Source: Vicinamibacterales bacterium (GTDB lineage Bacteria > Acidobacteriota > Vicinamibacteria > Vicinamibacterales > SCN-69-37). From it: 64,000 nucleotides of DNA. Location: positions 750,368 to 814,367 of the forward strand of contig JAURFE010000001.1 of assembly GCA_030827135.1 (NCBI GenBank). Direction: 5' to 3'. The notes beneath the pieces were generated by a model. The model made no database searches, had not been told where the DNA came from, and worked only from the letters and a program-made list of their open reading frames with translations. Each line of letters opens with the position of its first letter. The first letter of the stretch is position 1. Below are positions 51,928 to 60,898 of this stretch, piece by piece. The position numbers were made by a program, and so were the translations under genes.

Positions 51928-52881
51928 CTAGCTCCGGCGGGACGGCGGGCAGAGCTCCGCGGCCGCGGCGAGGCGTGCGGCGCTACGGGAGCTCCATCGG
52001 CTGGCGAAGCGGGAGACGCTGTAGACCGCACGCGCCCAGGCCCGGTAGAAGGCGATCACCGGACGCAGTCGAGGCGAGGCTTCGAACGTGGCGACGGAAT
52101 GTCCGGACAACAGCAGGAAGTGAATCGGTTCTCTGGCGGGTGGAGAGCCGAAGCGGAGGCCGGCGTGGCGGGTCGACTTCAGCCTGCGCGTCCGGAAGCT
52201 GTCGGGATACCGGGCGGCGATGAAGTTACCGTAGGTCTCGTATTCGCTGAAGCCGGAGCCGCCGAGGTCCCGGTCGGTGATGGCGTCGAGAACGCGCCAG
52301 ACCCAGGAGTCGCGGGATTTCCTCGAGTTGGAACCGCGAAGAGCCTCGATCAACTCGAGCATATAGCGCTGGTCGATCATCAGATGCTCGGCGATGAACG
52401 AGAAGCTGACCTGTCTCTCGATTCCCAGGAGCTTGCGGAGCGCCACGAAATACGGGGGATGCCGCTCCCCCTTCGGGCTGACGAGCACCCGGCCGTCGGC
52501 GTCGAAAAACGCCAAAGGGCGGAGAGCGACGGTGTCGCTGTCCCAGACCAGATAGTGCCCGCCGATCTCCGGATGGCCACACATCGCCATCTTCAGGAAC
52601 TGCTGGAAGTACCAACCGGCTCTCGCACCGGCTCCGGCGCGCGCCTCGAGATACTCACGGATCGCCTGAAGGCTCACACCTTCGATGACTTCATCCTCAT
52701 CCACGAGGTGAAGCGGGCCGTTCGGCTCGAGGGAGTCCTCGAAGAACGGGAAAAGCTTCCGCGATGTGACGACGAAGATCTTCCGCTGGCCGGCATGAAG
52801 CTGGAGCGACCGGACCGCGGTCAGTGAGGTTTCGGGACGCAGCGGCCCAACACACGTCACCGCGTCGAAGATCTTCAGCAT
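51928..52881 (-). CDS. Hypothetical protein, possibly nucleotide-diphospho-sugar transferase-like
   Basis: 317-aa ORF with coherent codon usage; GWYFQQFLKM...YLVWDSDT (DxD-like). Functional call is weak. Confidence 0.55.
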   Translation of the reverse strand: MLKIFDAVTCVGPLRPETSLTAVRSLQLHAGQRKIFVVTSRKLFPFFEDSLEPNGPLHLVDEDEVIEGVSLQAIREYLEARAGAGARAGWYFQQFLKMAMCGHPEIGGHYLVWDSDTVALRPLAFFDADGRVLVSPKGERHPPYFVALRKLLGIERQVSFSFIAEHLMIDQRYMLELIEALRGSNSRKSRDSWVWRVLDAITDRDLGGSGFSEYETYGNFIAARYPDSFRTRRLKSTRHAGLRFGSPPAREPIHFLLLSGHSVATFEASPRLRPVIAFYRAWARAVYSVSRFASRWSSRSAARLAAAAELCPPSRRS

Positions 52882-52963
52882 CGGTCCGCCAGTCCTCCAG
52901 AACGACTCTGCGAGAGCACGTCAGCGTCGCCTGCCATCGATGCGGTCGGATCGAGACGTCCAG

Positions 52964-53818
52964 TCAGGCGACGTGACCTGGCTGGCCGACGGGGGCGTTG
53001 CGGGGAGAGTGAATCTTGGACGAGGTCGTTTTTGAGCCAGCAGCGCTGACCTCTGTCGTGGTCTGGACATTGAGAAAATCGAGCAGCGCCCCGTAATCGG
53101 CCGCCGCCCGGCTGGCGGGTGCGTATTCCCAGATGGTCTGATGAGCTGCCGCGGCGTACGTCAGGTCGATGCACTGGCGGATGCCGCGCGGGAAGAGCGC
53201 CGGTCCCATCTCGGCATCCGCCGCGAGCGCCCCCACCGTCGCCTTGCTGGCGTGCGTACTGCTGTTGACGGTGGTCGGCACGACGGCCGCCAACTTCAGC
53301 GGCCGCTCGGGCCACAGCGCGCGCATCTCCTGGATGCCGTCGAGCGTCTGCCGCGCGCCCGCCAGGGCCATGGTGTCCATCCCGACCGGGACCACCAGTT
53401 CGCTGGCCGACAACAGGACGTTGTAGGTCAACAGGTTCATCGCCGGCGACGAGTCGAAGACGATGATGTCAAAGCCCGTGAGGCCAGTGAGTCGCCTCGA
53501 CAGCAGGGTTTCGCGTTGGATTGTGCCGGCGAGTTGAGCATCCAAGGTGAAGGCCGACGGCGTGGCGGTAATCACGCCCAGGCCCGGGCGCTGGCTGCAG
53601 CGCACGATCGCATCGTCCAGGGCCACCGTGCCGAGCATGAGTTCCTTCACGGTGTACGCTGTAGGAGAGATGCCCAGCAGGCGCCCGGCGTTGCCCTGGG
53701 GGTCGGCGTCGACGAGCAGTACGCGGTGGCCGCGGAGGACCAGGCCTGCAGCGATGTGCACGGCCGTAGTCGTCTTACCAACGCCCCCCTTCATATTGAC
53801 AACCGCGAGTCGACGCAT
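52964..53818 (-). CDS. ParA/MinD-family P-loop ATPase (orphan; no ParB seen)
   Basis: MRRLAVVNMKGGVGKTTTAVHIAAGL (deviant Walker A KGGxGKT), VLLVDADPQGN, IIVFDSSP. Start taken at the ATG at 53818. Confidence 0.85.
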   Translation of the reverse strand: MRRLAVVNMKGGVGKTTTAVHIAAGLVLRGHRVLLVDADPQGNAGRLLGISPTAYTVKELMLGTVALDDAIVRCSQRPGLGVITATPSAFTLDAQLAGTIQRETLLSRRLTGLTGFDIIVFDSSPAMNLLTYNVLLSASELVVPVGMDTMALAGARQTLDGIQEMRALWPERPLKLAAVVPTTVNSSTHASKATVGALAADAEMGPALFPRGIRQCIDLTYAAAAHQTIWEYAPASRAAADYGALLDFLNVQTTTEVSAAGSKTTSSKIHSPRNAPVGQPGHVA

Positions 53819-54025
53819 CCGTGTGCCCTCGGGTGTTGATGTTACTCCAACTCGTTTTCCTCGCGGCCGCTGACGTAGCGCGACGCTCCGCACGATTGTC
53901 GGTCGGGATTCCCCTGGTGCCCGGGCGGCTCGATGACCTCCGGCGCATGGCGATGGCCATCGCGGCTGCCGTGCTGGGGTTGCCGATGATCGGCCGCGTG
54001 GCCGGGCTGCAGCGTAGGACGCGCT

Positions 54026-54679
54026 TTACTTCAGGGCGGCGAGCTTCCCGAAGTCGATGGCGCGGGCAGCCTCCTGCAGCGTGCCTGGCCCGGGCAACTG
54101 GTTGCCCTTCACCGCCACGAGGAACCGCTTGCCGACGAGCATGGTGAGCTCGCCGTCACGGTTCTCGTTCCGCCACTCCTCGAAGCCTGGTTGGCCGTTG
54201 AGGGTGACGCCCTTCTCGTAGCCGTCGCGTGACTCGCGGCTGATGCCCATCGAGGCCATCATCGAAAACGGTGCGAGCACGGCCTGCGCGAAGCCCGAGT
54301 CGGTGATGGTCACGGTGAGCGACGCATCGCCCTTCGTGTAGGAGGCCTCGGTCTGGCTGTAGGTCACCGGCGAGGTCATGCGCTCGCTGTTCGGTGTGCC
54401 GCGCTCCCAGCCCGAGAGGCTCGGCAGCAGGGCCTCGAGCGACTGGAACGAGACCGGGTCGACCGTCTTGCCGTCGCCGTTCATGGCGTCGGTCAGGGCT
54501 TTCATCCCGGCGGCGAGGTCCTCGGCCGAGCCGTTGCCCTCGGCGGCTTTCGAGAGGGCCTCACCGGCCTTCTCGAGGTTGGCGGCGGTCTCTTCCGCCT
54601 GCTTCTCTGCGTCTGATTTTCCGCAGGCCACTGAGGCGACCAGCGCGCCCGCGACCAGAATGACAGCGACTCGATTCAT
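54026..54679 (-). CDS. Hypothetical lipoprotein
   Basis: ATG at 54679: MNRVAVILVAGALVASVACGK (lipobox VAC). No family recognised. Confidence 0.7.
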   Translation of the reverse strand: MNRVAVILVAGALVASVACGKSDAEKQAEETAANLEKAGEALSKAAEGNGSAEDLAAGMKALTDAMNGDGKTVDPVSFQSLEALLPSLSGWERGTPNSERMTSPVTYSQTEASYTKGDASLTVTITDSGFAQAVLAPFSMMASMGISRESRDGYEKGVTLNGQPGFEEWRNENRDGELTMLVGKRFLVAVKGNQLPGPGTLQEAARAIDFGKLAALK

Positions 54680-54745
54680 GATGCGTTCCCTCAATAGGAT
54701 TCCGACGATCTGGCTCTCGCTGAATTTCGCCTTGCGCCTGACCAC
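54680..54745 (-). pseudogene. Scrap resembling the N-terminus of an IS3-family orfA (HTH_Tnp_1) fused in frame upstream of the lipoprotein gene
   Basis: MVRRKAKFSESQIVGILLRE, cf. the typical IS3 orfA start M.K.RFS.EQI..IL.E. Only ~20 aa. Confidence 0.4.
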
Positions 54746-54779
54746 TCCTGAGCCAGAAGCATTCTACACTCGACTGTCT

Positions 54780-55075
54780 ACCCACTGGGGGAGCTTACGC
54801 CAACACCACACCTGTCGAGGCCGCAGCCGGCAGTGGTCGGCCAGCTCGCGGCCGCGCGCCAGCCATTTGGCGACCGTCCGGACACTCACGCCCGCCACCT
54901 CGGCCGCCTGGCGCTACGTCCAGCCCTGCTGCTGGACGCGGCGGATGAACAGGCGGCGTTTATACACTTTGGTCCTGGCGTTATGAGCGATGCTCATTCA
55001 GGGGATCCTCCAGAAACGGTGGCTTGGTTTCGCAACCCCCATTGTTTCAGAGCCTCCTGAATGAACAATGTCTAC
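54780..55075 (-). mobile_element. Decayed left end of an IS481-family element, copy B (5' UTR, RBS, HTH-coding N-terminus with in-frame stop)
   Basis: Minus strand from the ATG at 54997: MSIAHNARTKVYKRRLFIRRVQQQGWT*RQAAEVAGVSVRTVAKWLARGRELAD.... GGAGGA RBS 8 nt upstream. Confidence 0.65.
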
Positions 55076-55227
55076 AGCGTTCGCATCGAGCGCTCGGTCT
55101 GGCCCGGCGGCTGTCGCCACCGGCCCCGTCGTGTTGCGTGTGTTGTCGCGCATCTGGGGCTTAGGACATTGCCGCCGGGGCCGCCCGCGGGGGCTTCCGA
55201 GACGCGTTGGGAAGGGTAACGGAGAAG

Positions 55228-56550
55228 ATGGGGTTCTTGCTTAAGTACCGACGGGGAGCTTTTCTGAAGATCGCCCGCATCGGCATTGAACCAAGCATGA
55301 GTCGTGTGGACGTGGCAAGGATATCGTTCCTGAACATTCTTGCTCTCGTGTCCGGTCTTCTCGTGCTGGCATTCGCGGCCGTTAACGCATTCATGGGATT
55401 GTGGTTCCAGGTCTTCGCCGAAGTCATCATTGCCGGCGCAAGCTTCCTGACCTGGCTGTTGGTGCATAAACGCCGCCATCGGCTCGCAGCCGTGTACTGG
55501 ATCAATGGCGCGACCCTGTTTGTCGTGGTCTTGAGCGTCACCAACTACCAGAACGGCCGCTTCGCGGAAACGGAAAACATCATGTTAGGCCTCATGGTGG
55601 TTGCCTTTCTGCTGCGCTGGCGTGGGAGCCATATCCAATACTGGGGGATGCTCGGCGTGTTGCTGGCGCTCAAGTATTACAAGCACTCGTTCGAGACCGC
55701 CGCCATCACGGACGAACCGACCGCCCTCTTCGTTGTTGAGAACAACATAGCGATCGCCGTGCTCATCTTCTTAGCCCTCAAGTATTTTTTGAGCATGCTG
55801 ACAAGCGCGATGGAGGACCTGGCGGCCACGGCAGCCAATTTGGCAGCAGCGAACAACGAGCTTGAAGCCTTCTCCTACTCCGTCTCCCATGACCTGCGTG
55901 CTCCGCTGCGCCACATTGACGGTGTTCTACACCTGTTCAAGGCCAGGACCTCCGCCACACTTGATGACAAAAGTCGGCACTACATGGACACCATCTCGAA
56001 CACCGCCAAGAGGATGGGGACCCTGATTGACGACTTGCTCGCCTTCTCTCGCATGAAGCGATGCGAAATACAGGCGTCAGACATCGACCTCGGTGTTTTG
56101 GTGCAGGAAGTCATCCGGGAATGTGAGCATGAGACGGAGGGGCGCAACATCAGCTGGCACATTGGCGAGTTACCGCCAGTTACCGGCGACGCCGCCATGC
56201 TGCGTATGGTGCTGGTGAATCTGATCTCGAATGCCGTGAAATTCACCAAAAACGTTGAAAGAGCCGAGATCGCGATTGCGTCCAAGCCAGGGTCAGAGAC
56301 AGAAACCGTTGTCTTTGTGAGAGACAACGGTGCGGGTTTTGACATGCGGCACGCCGACAGGCTGTTTGATGTCTTTCAACGTTTACACAGCAAAGATGAG
56401 TTCGACGGCACCGGCATTGGCCTAGCCAACGTCCGGCGCATCATCGGTCGACATGGCGGCAGAACCTGGGCAGAGGGTCAAGTGAACCAGGGCGCCACGT
56501 TTTATTTCTCCCTGCCGCACAGCCGGACGATTGGGATGCGGAGTCAGTAA
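55228..56550 (+). CDS. Membrane-bound sensor histidine kinase (orphan; no response regulator adjacent)
   Basis: Several N-terminal TM segments; H-box FSYSVSHDLRAPLRHI, N-box LISNAVKF, G1 DNGAGF, G2 GTGIGLANV. Start uncertain (TTG 55207, ATG 55228, ATG 55297). Confidence 0.85.
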   Translation: MGFLLKYRRGAFLKIARIGIEPSMSRVDVARISFLNILALVSGLLVLAFAAVNAFMGLWFQVFAEVIIAGASFLTWLLVHKRRHRLAAVYWINGATLFVVVLSVTNYQNGRFAETENIMLGLMVVAFLLRWRGSHIQYWGMLGVLLALKYYKHSFETAAITDEPTALFVVENNIAIAVLIFLALKYFLSMLTSAMEDLAATAANLAAANNELEAFSYSVSHDLRAPLRHIDGVLHLFKARTSATLDDKSRHYMDTISNTAKRMGTLIDDLLAFSRMKRCEIQASDIDLGVLVQEVIRECEHETEGRNISWHIGELPPVTGDAAMLRMVLVNLISNAVKFTKNVERAEIAIASKPGSETETVVFVRDNGAGFDMRHADRLFDVFQRLHSKDEFDGTGIGLANVRRIIGRHGGRTWAEGQVNQGATFYFSLPHSRTIGMRSQ

Positions 56551-56552
56551 AG

Positions 56553-56680
56553 AAAACGGGCCTTGCCCAGGTCCTCGAGCTTGATGTTCTCGAGCTTGAT
56601 GCCGAGGTCCTCGGTGATCGCCCGGCCGCCCGCTGGCGGCACCGGTCAAGTAAGGGGCGTTGAGCGCGGCATCCGCGATC
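56553..56680 (-). pseudogene. groEL: Relic fragment of a chaperonin gene
   Basis: Minus-strand frame reads ...GGRAITEDLGIKLENIKLEDLGKAR..., cf. the conserved GroEL segment LTGG.VISE(E/D)LG.KLE..TLEDLG.AK. An adjacent frame upstream reads YLTGAAS (cf. ILTGG), implying a frameshift. No flanking GroEL sequence. Confidence 0.55.
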
Positions 56681-56692
56681 ACACTGCGGGTG

Positions 56693-57433
56693 CTACTTGG
56701 GCAGTGGATCAAACAGCATCGAATTCAGTCCGGGACGACCGATTTGCATGGCCATGTACATGACCATGGCAAACAATAGTGCGAGGCCGACGATGAAGAC
56801 CCTGGATTCGGCATACACGCCATGCTCGGCGGTCTTGTACCCGAGCAACAGGAAACACACGCAGTAGTAGAGAGACTGTATGCTGAATACGGTTCTCGGA
56901 ATGCGTTGAGCGGAATTGACGAACAGCTCCCCGACCGCAATCGTCAACCCGGAGACTTCGTTGTCGAGCACATCGACACCATTGGCCTGCAGACGGGCCA
57001 GTTCCTTCCGGAGTGCGGCATCCCTGGCCAGCAGCCGGTCCATGTCACCACTGAGGCTGTTCCGGTCAATCGCTGCAGTGAGGTCCTCGAAGTAGGCGGC
57101 CGCCAGCGGAGCAATTCGGCCGCGTTCTTCATCGGGCAGCAGATTCAGTGCCGACTCAAGACTCCGGGCGGCCAGCTTGGTGGAGACCACGCCGGAATAG
57201 GTGGACGACTCCAGTGTCAGCGCCTGACCAAATGTGAACGCGACCAGCAGGGCGAAGAGACCGAGCACGGGCGCCACTATGCCATCAATAATCAGGCCAT
57301 CATCGGACTTGGCCGCGCCTGGACGCCGGAGTCGAAACAGACGGGCTCCAAGCCACATCGCCAACAGGCCCATGGCGAATATCGCCGCGAACACGCCGAC
57401 GGGACTGACGGTCATGAAGTTGGTCAGCAACAT
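56693..57433 (-). CDS. Membrane protein, DUF4239-like (tentative)
   Basis: 246 aa; two TM helices at each end (VGVFAAIFAMGLLAMWL, VAPVLGLFALLVAFTF ... YYCVCFLLLGY, IVGLALLFAMVMYMAM) flanking a soluble helical core. Confidence 0.65.
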   Translation of the reverse strand: MLLTNFMTVSPVGVFAAIFAMGLLAMWLGARLFRLRRPGAAKSDDGLIIDGIVAPVLGLFALLVAFTFGQALTLESSTYSGVVSTKLAARSLESALNLLPDEERGRIAPLAAAYFEDLTAAIDRNSLSGDMDRLLARDAALRKELARLQANGVDVLDNEVSGLTIAVGELFVNSAQRIPRTVFSIQSLYYCVCFLLLGYKTAEHGVYAESRVFIVGLALLFAMVMYMAMQIGRPGLNSMLFDPLPK

Positions 57434-57451
57434 CGGTCGAGTCTACTCTGG

Positions 57452-57482
57452 TGACACATTTGTGTCATTCACCGTGTGAATG
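57452..57482. promoter_or_regulatory. Two adjacent perfect 7-bp inverted repeats (possible operator sites) upstream of the DUF4239-like gene
   Basis: TGACACA-TT-TGTGTCA (57452-57467) and CATTCAC-CGT-GTGAATG (57466-57482), in the short gap after the 57433 start codon. Confidence 0.3.
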
Positions 57483-58105
57483 CACCATTTCAGCTTGGGG
57501 GGAGCACGCCAGCGTGAGCGCCGCCAGCCAAAGCCCCGGAATGCCCATTGGGCATCACTGAGTCGCCGATAGTCCGTATTACGTGGGTCTTTCCCGAACA
57601 TAACGGGCCGGCGCCGCATTCGTACTCGACGTCGGCATAGATGGCCCAGCGGAACTGCGAAGAGTCATAGGCGGCAGGCACGCAGGCTGGACGCCGCCAA
57701 ACGTCCGGGGCCAGGTGTCGAGTCGATAGCACGCTGCCCCTTCGGGCAGGGCGCAGCGCTCCGGATTGGCCAGGCACAGCGTAAACGTCGGGCCGCGCTG
57801 GCCGCGCCATAGTCTGCCCTGAAGGACCGATCCTGCGGAACGGCATGCCGGGATAGACGAGCCGCACTGCGGGCGTGGTGGGGGGCGTGGTGGAAGGTGC
57901 CGACCCGGCCCCCCCCGCGTCAACGATGATAACGAGCTGCCAATCGAAAACCCCAAACAAGTTCCCCCACCCACGCAAGCACGAGGTCGTCTGTAAGAGC
58001 GCGGTAGCCGTAGCCGGACGCCTGCAGGCGCGTACCGGGCTCAAGTGGTTGCAGACCGGCGTCGACCACATACCAGGGTCCGTCGATCTGATTCGTTGTT
58101 GATCG

Positions 58106-59947
58106 GTGCCCGCTCACTCTGATATACCGTCGCCACTCATGACCGCTCGCCTGCCGAGGCGCCTGTTTCGGTTGTCGGTTCACTGGGCTAACCGGTGGAT
58201 CATTCGCTCATCGTTGCGCATGGCGAAACTCTTGCAATCGATGTGGCAACTTGGTGCCGCCGCGCGTTTCACGCTGGTGGCCGCCTTCCTCGTGACCGTA
58301 CTTGCCGGGTTGGCACACGCGCCTGGGGTGACACCGATCGCGTCGGCCCGGCTGGTGGCTCTCTGTCAGGCCGGAGGCTTCGTGCTTGCCTGGTCCGTCA
58401 CTCTGGCGACGAGCGCCCAGCGCCATCCGCTGGTCCTGCTGACGGTTTCTCCGTGGCTGATCTTCTACCTGGTGCTCGTGGGTGGCGCCGTGAACGGTAC
58501 GCCGCTGGCTGCGCTGCCGCTGCTGTGGCTGGCGTGGGTACTGGGCCGATCGCTCATGGGTCTACGGGGTGCGCTGGCGCCTACCGCGAGCTGGGCCGTG
58601 GCTTCCCTGATGATCAGCTACTCGTTGCCTGGCGTCTCAGGGCTGAGACGCGCGCTCGGGTGGTCTTTTCCTTACACCTGGCTGTTGACGGGCATCACCC
58701 TCTTCATTGCAGGCGGCATCGTGGCCGTCCATCGCCGGGCCCGCGGAGATGCGCGCGCACCGGGGTTTGGTGCGGTCCTCGCCGGATCAATGGCGGTGTG
58801 CGCCACAATCGTGGTGACCGCCTCATGGATCAACGTGGGCCTGACCCTCGACTGGATCAAGACGGTGACCGACGATGCCAGCGCCATCGTCGCGTTGCTG
58901 TTCATGTGGACAGCCGGACGTTTTGCCGAAGGTGCGTTCAGCCTGACGAGCTGGACGCTGCGGCAGTCGGCCCGCCTGGTCCCGTCCACGCTGTGGACGG
59001 CCGCGGTGCTGGTGACCATGGCTGGCGCCACGGGGCAACAGCTCTGGGCGACTACGGCGTCGGACCCTGACGGCCTGACCCGATTCGCGCTGGCCACGAA
59101 AGCCACTCTCGGAATCGTCTCGATGGGACTGTGTGCCTGGTGGTTGCGGCGCCGGAGCCTGTCGACCGCGACACTCGTGCTCGTCACGACGTCGTGGTTC
59201 GTTGGGTGCAGCGCTGTGCAGGGGTTGCATGCGTATGCCACCGCGACGGCCAATTCGCACCAGCTGCCGGGTGAGATATCCGGACTTGGACTGATGGTGG
59301 TCGCGCTAGGGCTGGCGTACGAGATCGGCAAGCGGACGAAGCCCGATCCTGCCGATAGCGGCGCGCTCTACGTGCCGCTGGGCCTCACGGTCACGGCCTC
59401 GACGCTCGCGCTGTGCCTGCTGCTGACATCGGGCCCGGCATGGGAGATGCGTAAGTCGCTGATGATCCTGACGGGCGCACTGCATCTGGGTGTTCCCCTG
59501 GCCATCGCGCGCGCGCGCCGGTGGATAGCGGGCGCGCGGCCGCCGTCATCGCTGGCCTGCCTCTTGTTCTTTTCTGCCGGGTACGGATGTGCGCTCGCGG
59601 TGTTGGCCGTTGAGCCTCGCCACTCCGCGGCGTTGCTGGTCTCCGTGCCGGCGCTCTATCTCCTGTTGCGCCTGTGGGAACGCTCGCAACCAGAGACCGT
59701 ACCCGACGCCGGCGCGTTGATGGGGGCCCTGTTTGGCGGCGGACTTGTCGCTGGCTGGATGATGCCGTACCCACCGACGCTGCCGTTTCTGCCGCGACCG
59801 GCGTGGGTGGATCTGTTGCGCGATTGGGGCGCACTGGGACGACCGCCCGTCACGCTCGCGCATGGACTGTTGCTCGTCGTGGCCTGGTTGACCGGTGGTC
59901 TCCTGGGTTGGAAGCGCTTTGCGTGGCAGCGGAGTGTCACGTCGTAA
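58106..59947 (+). CDS. Polytopic integral membrane protein, function unknown
   Basis: 613-aa ORF, almost entirely hydrophobic segments (>12 putative TM helices). Start uncertain (GTG 58106, ATG 58139, ATG 58220). Confidence 0.7.
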   Translation: MPAHSDIPSPLMTARLPRRLFRLSVHWANRWIIRSSLRMAKLLQSMWQLGAAARFTLVAAFLVTVLAGLAHAPGVTPIASARLVALCQAGGFVLAWSVTLATSAQRHPLVLLTVSPWLIFYLVLVGGAVNGTPLAALPLLWLAWVLGRSLMGLRGALAPTASWAVASLMISYSLPGVSGLRRALGWSFPYTWLLTGITLFIAGGIVAVHRRARGDARAPGFGAVLAGSMAVCATIVVTASWINVGLTLDWIKTVTDDASAIVALLFMWTAGRFAEGAFSLTSWTLRQSARLVPSTLWTAAVLVTMAGATGQQLWATTASDPDGLTRFALATKATLGIVSMGLCAWWLRRRSLSTATLVLVTTSWFVGCSAVQGLHAYATATANSHQLPGEISGLGLMVVALGLAYEIGKRTKPDPADSGALYVPLGLTVTASTLALCLLLTSGPAWEMRKSLMILTGALHLGVPLAIARARRWIAGARPPSSLACLLFFSAGYGCALAVLAVEPRHSAALLVSVPALYLLLRLWERSQPETVPDAGALMGALFGGGLVAGWMMPYPPTLPFLPRPAWVDLLRDWGALGRPPVTLAHGLLLVVAWLTGGLLGWKRFAWQRSVTS

Positions 59948-59968
59948 CTCGTAAACGGAGGAGTCGTT

Positions 59969-60898
59969 ATGTGGAGAGGCCTGTGGCGTTTTGTCGGGGT
60001 GATCATCTGTGGTGTTCTGCCGATGATGGCGGGGTGTGGATCCACGCCGGGCGGCTCGCGCTCGAGCAGTGGAGGAGACAGCGCCCCGGCGGTCGCGTCT
60101 CAGGACGCGTCGGGACGGGTCACCCCGGCAAAGACCATTGACGAGGCCACGAGTCTGCCGGTCACGGCCCGCTCGCAGGACCAGTGCGCATTCGTCGCGC
60201 CGGCCGCATGGGCTGTGACCGTCGGAGAACAGTCGGCCGGCGTCGACATCTTCAACGCAGACAAGACAATGTTCGCCAGCTACCTGGTCTATCCAGTGCA
60301 AACGGCCATCGCGCCCTATGCGTACTCGTATCCGCCTCCGATGAACGACCCGGATCGCTACAGCCGGGATCCAAAGCAGGTCATCCGCGCGCTGTTGCGC
60401 CCGGCGGTAGCCCAACACGGCGGTGTGCCTGATTTGGAGTTCACGGCGGATCCGGTGGAGGCAATACCGCCTTACTCCACCCTGACGCTCCGGGGGTCCA
60501 CGCATTCCGCCTTGGTGATCTACGCGGCGATGCCGGGAGATGCGCAGAGCTACGTCATTCCGATTCGTGCCGCCATCATGGCCAACCAGCACTGGCCGCA
60601 GATGGCCGGCTCGCTGGCGCGCATGGCGATGAACATCCGATGCACGGTGCAGCTACGGGTGCCGCCCGATCAGGATCTCGAATCCCGCGTGGAACGGCGC
60701 CGTGACGCCGACACCGAGGGCGACGAGGCCGGCTACAACCCCTGGCGCGGCTCCGAGTACGTCCATGACGCCAACACCGGCCAGAACTTCATCGTGACGT
60801 CGTCGGACTGGAGCGCCACCGGACCTGACGGGCCCGGCTACTACAGACGAAACGGGAACGACGTGACGAAGCTCTCGCCCGGCCGATCCGGGGGCTAG
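59969..60898 (+). CDS. Hypothetical lipoprotein
   Basis: GGAGGAG RBS 7 nt upstream; MWRGLWRFVGVIICGVLPMMAGCGS (lipobox MAGC). Confidence 0.75.
   Translation: MWRGLWRFVGVIICGVLPMMAGCGSTPGGSRSSSGGDSAPAVASQDASGRVTPAKTIDEATSLPVTARSQDQCAFVAPAAWAVTVGEQSAGVDIFNADKTMFASYLVYPVQTAIAPYAYSYPPPMNDPDRYSRDPKQVIRALLRPAVAQHGGVPDLEFTADPVEAIPPYSTLTLRGSTHSALVIYAAMPGDAQSYVIPIRAAIMANQHWPQMAGSLARMAMNIRCTVQLRVPPDQDLESRVERRRDADTEGDEAGYNPWRGSEYVHDANTGQNFIVTSSDWSATGPDGPGYYRRNGNDVTKLSPGRSGG

Noticed and set aside
56568-56612. Direct repeat CTCGAGCTTGATG x2 with flanking AGGTCCTCG copies downstream of the histidine kinase, considered as a terminator or regulatory repeat.
   Set aside because: It is better explained as coding remnant: it translates on the minus strand to IKLEN/IKLED within the groEL relic. 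There is no stem-loop or U-tract.
57490-58183. Minus-strand ORFs 57490..58071 (193 aa), 57579..57974 and 57920..58183 in the gap before the polytopic membrane protein.
   Set aside because: Three overlapping frames, none with a recognisable motif, signal peptide or RBS. This may be a decayed gene or non-coding, so it is left unannotated rather than given an unsupported CDS call.
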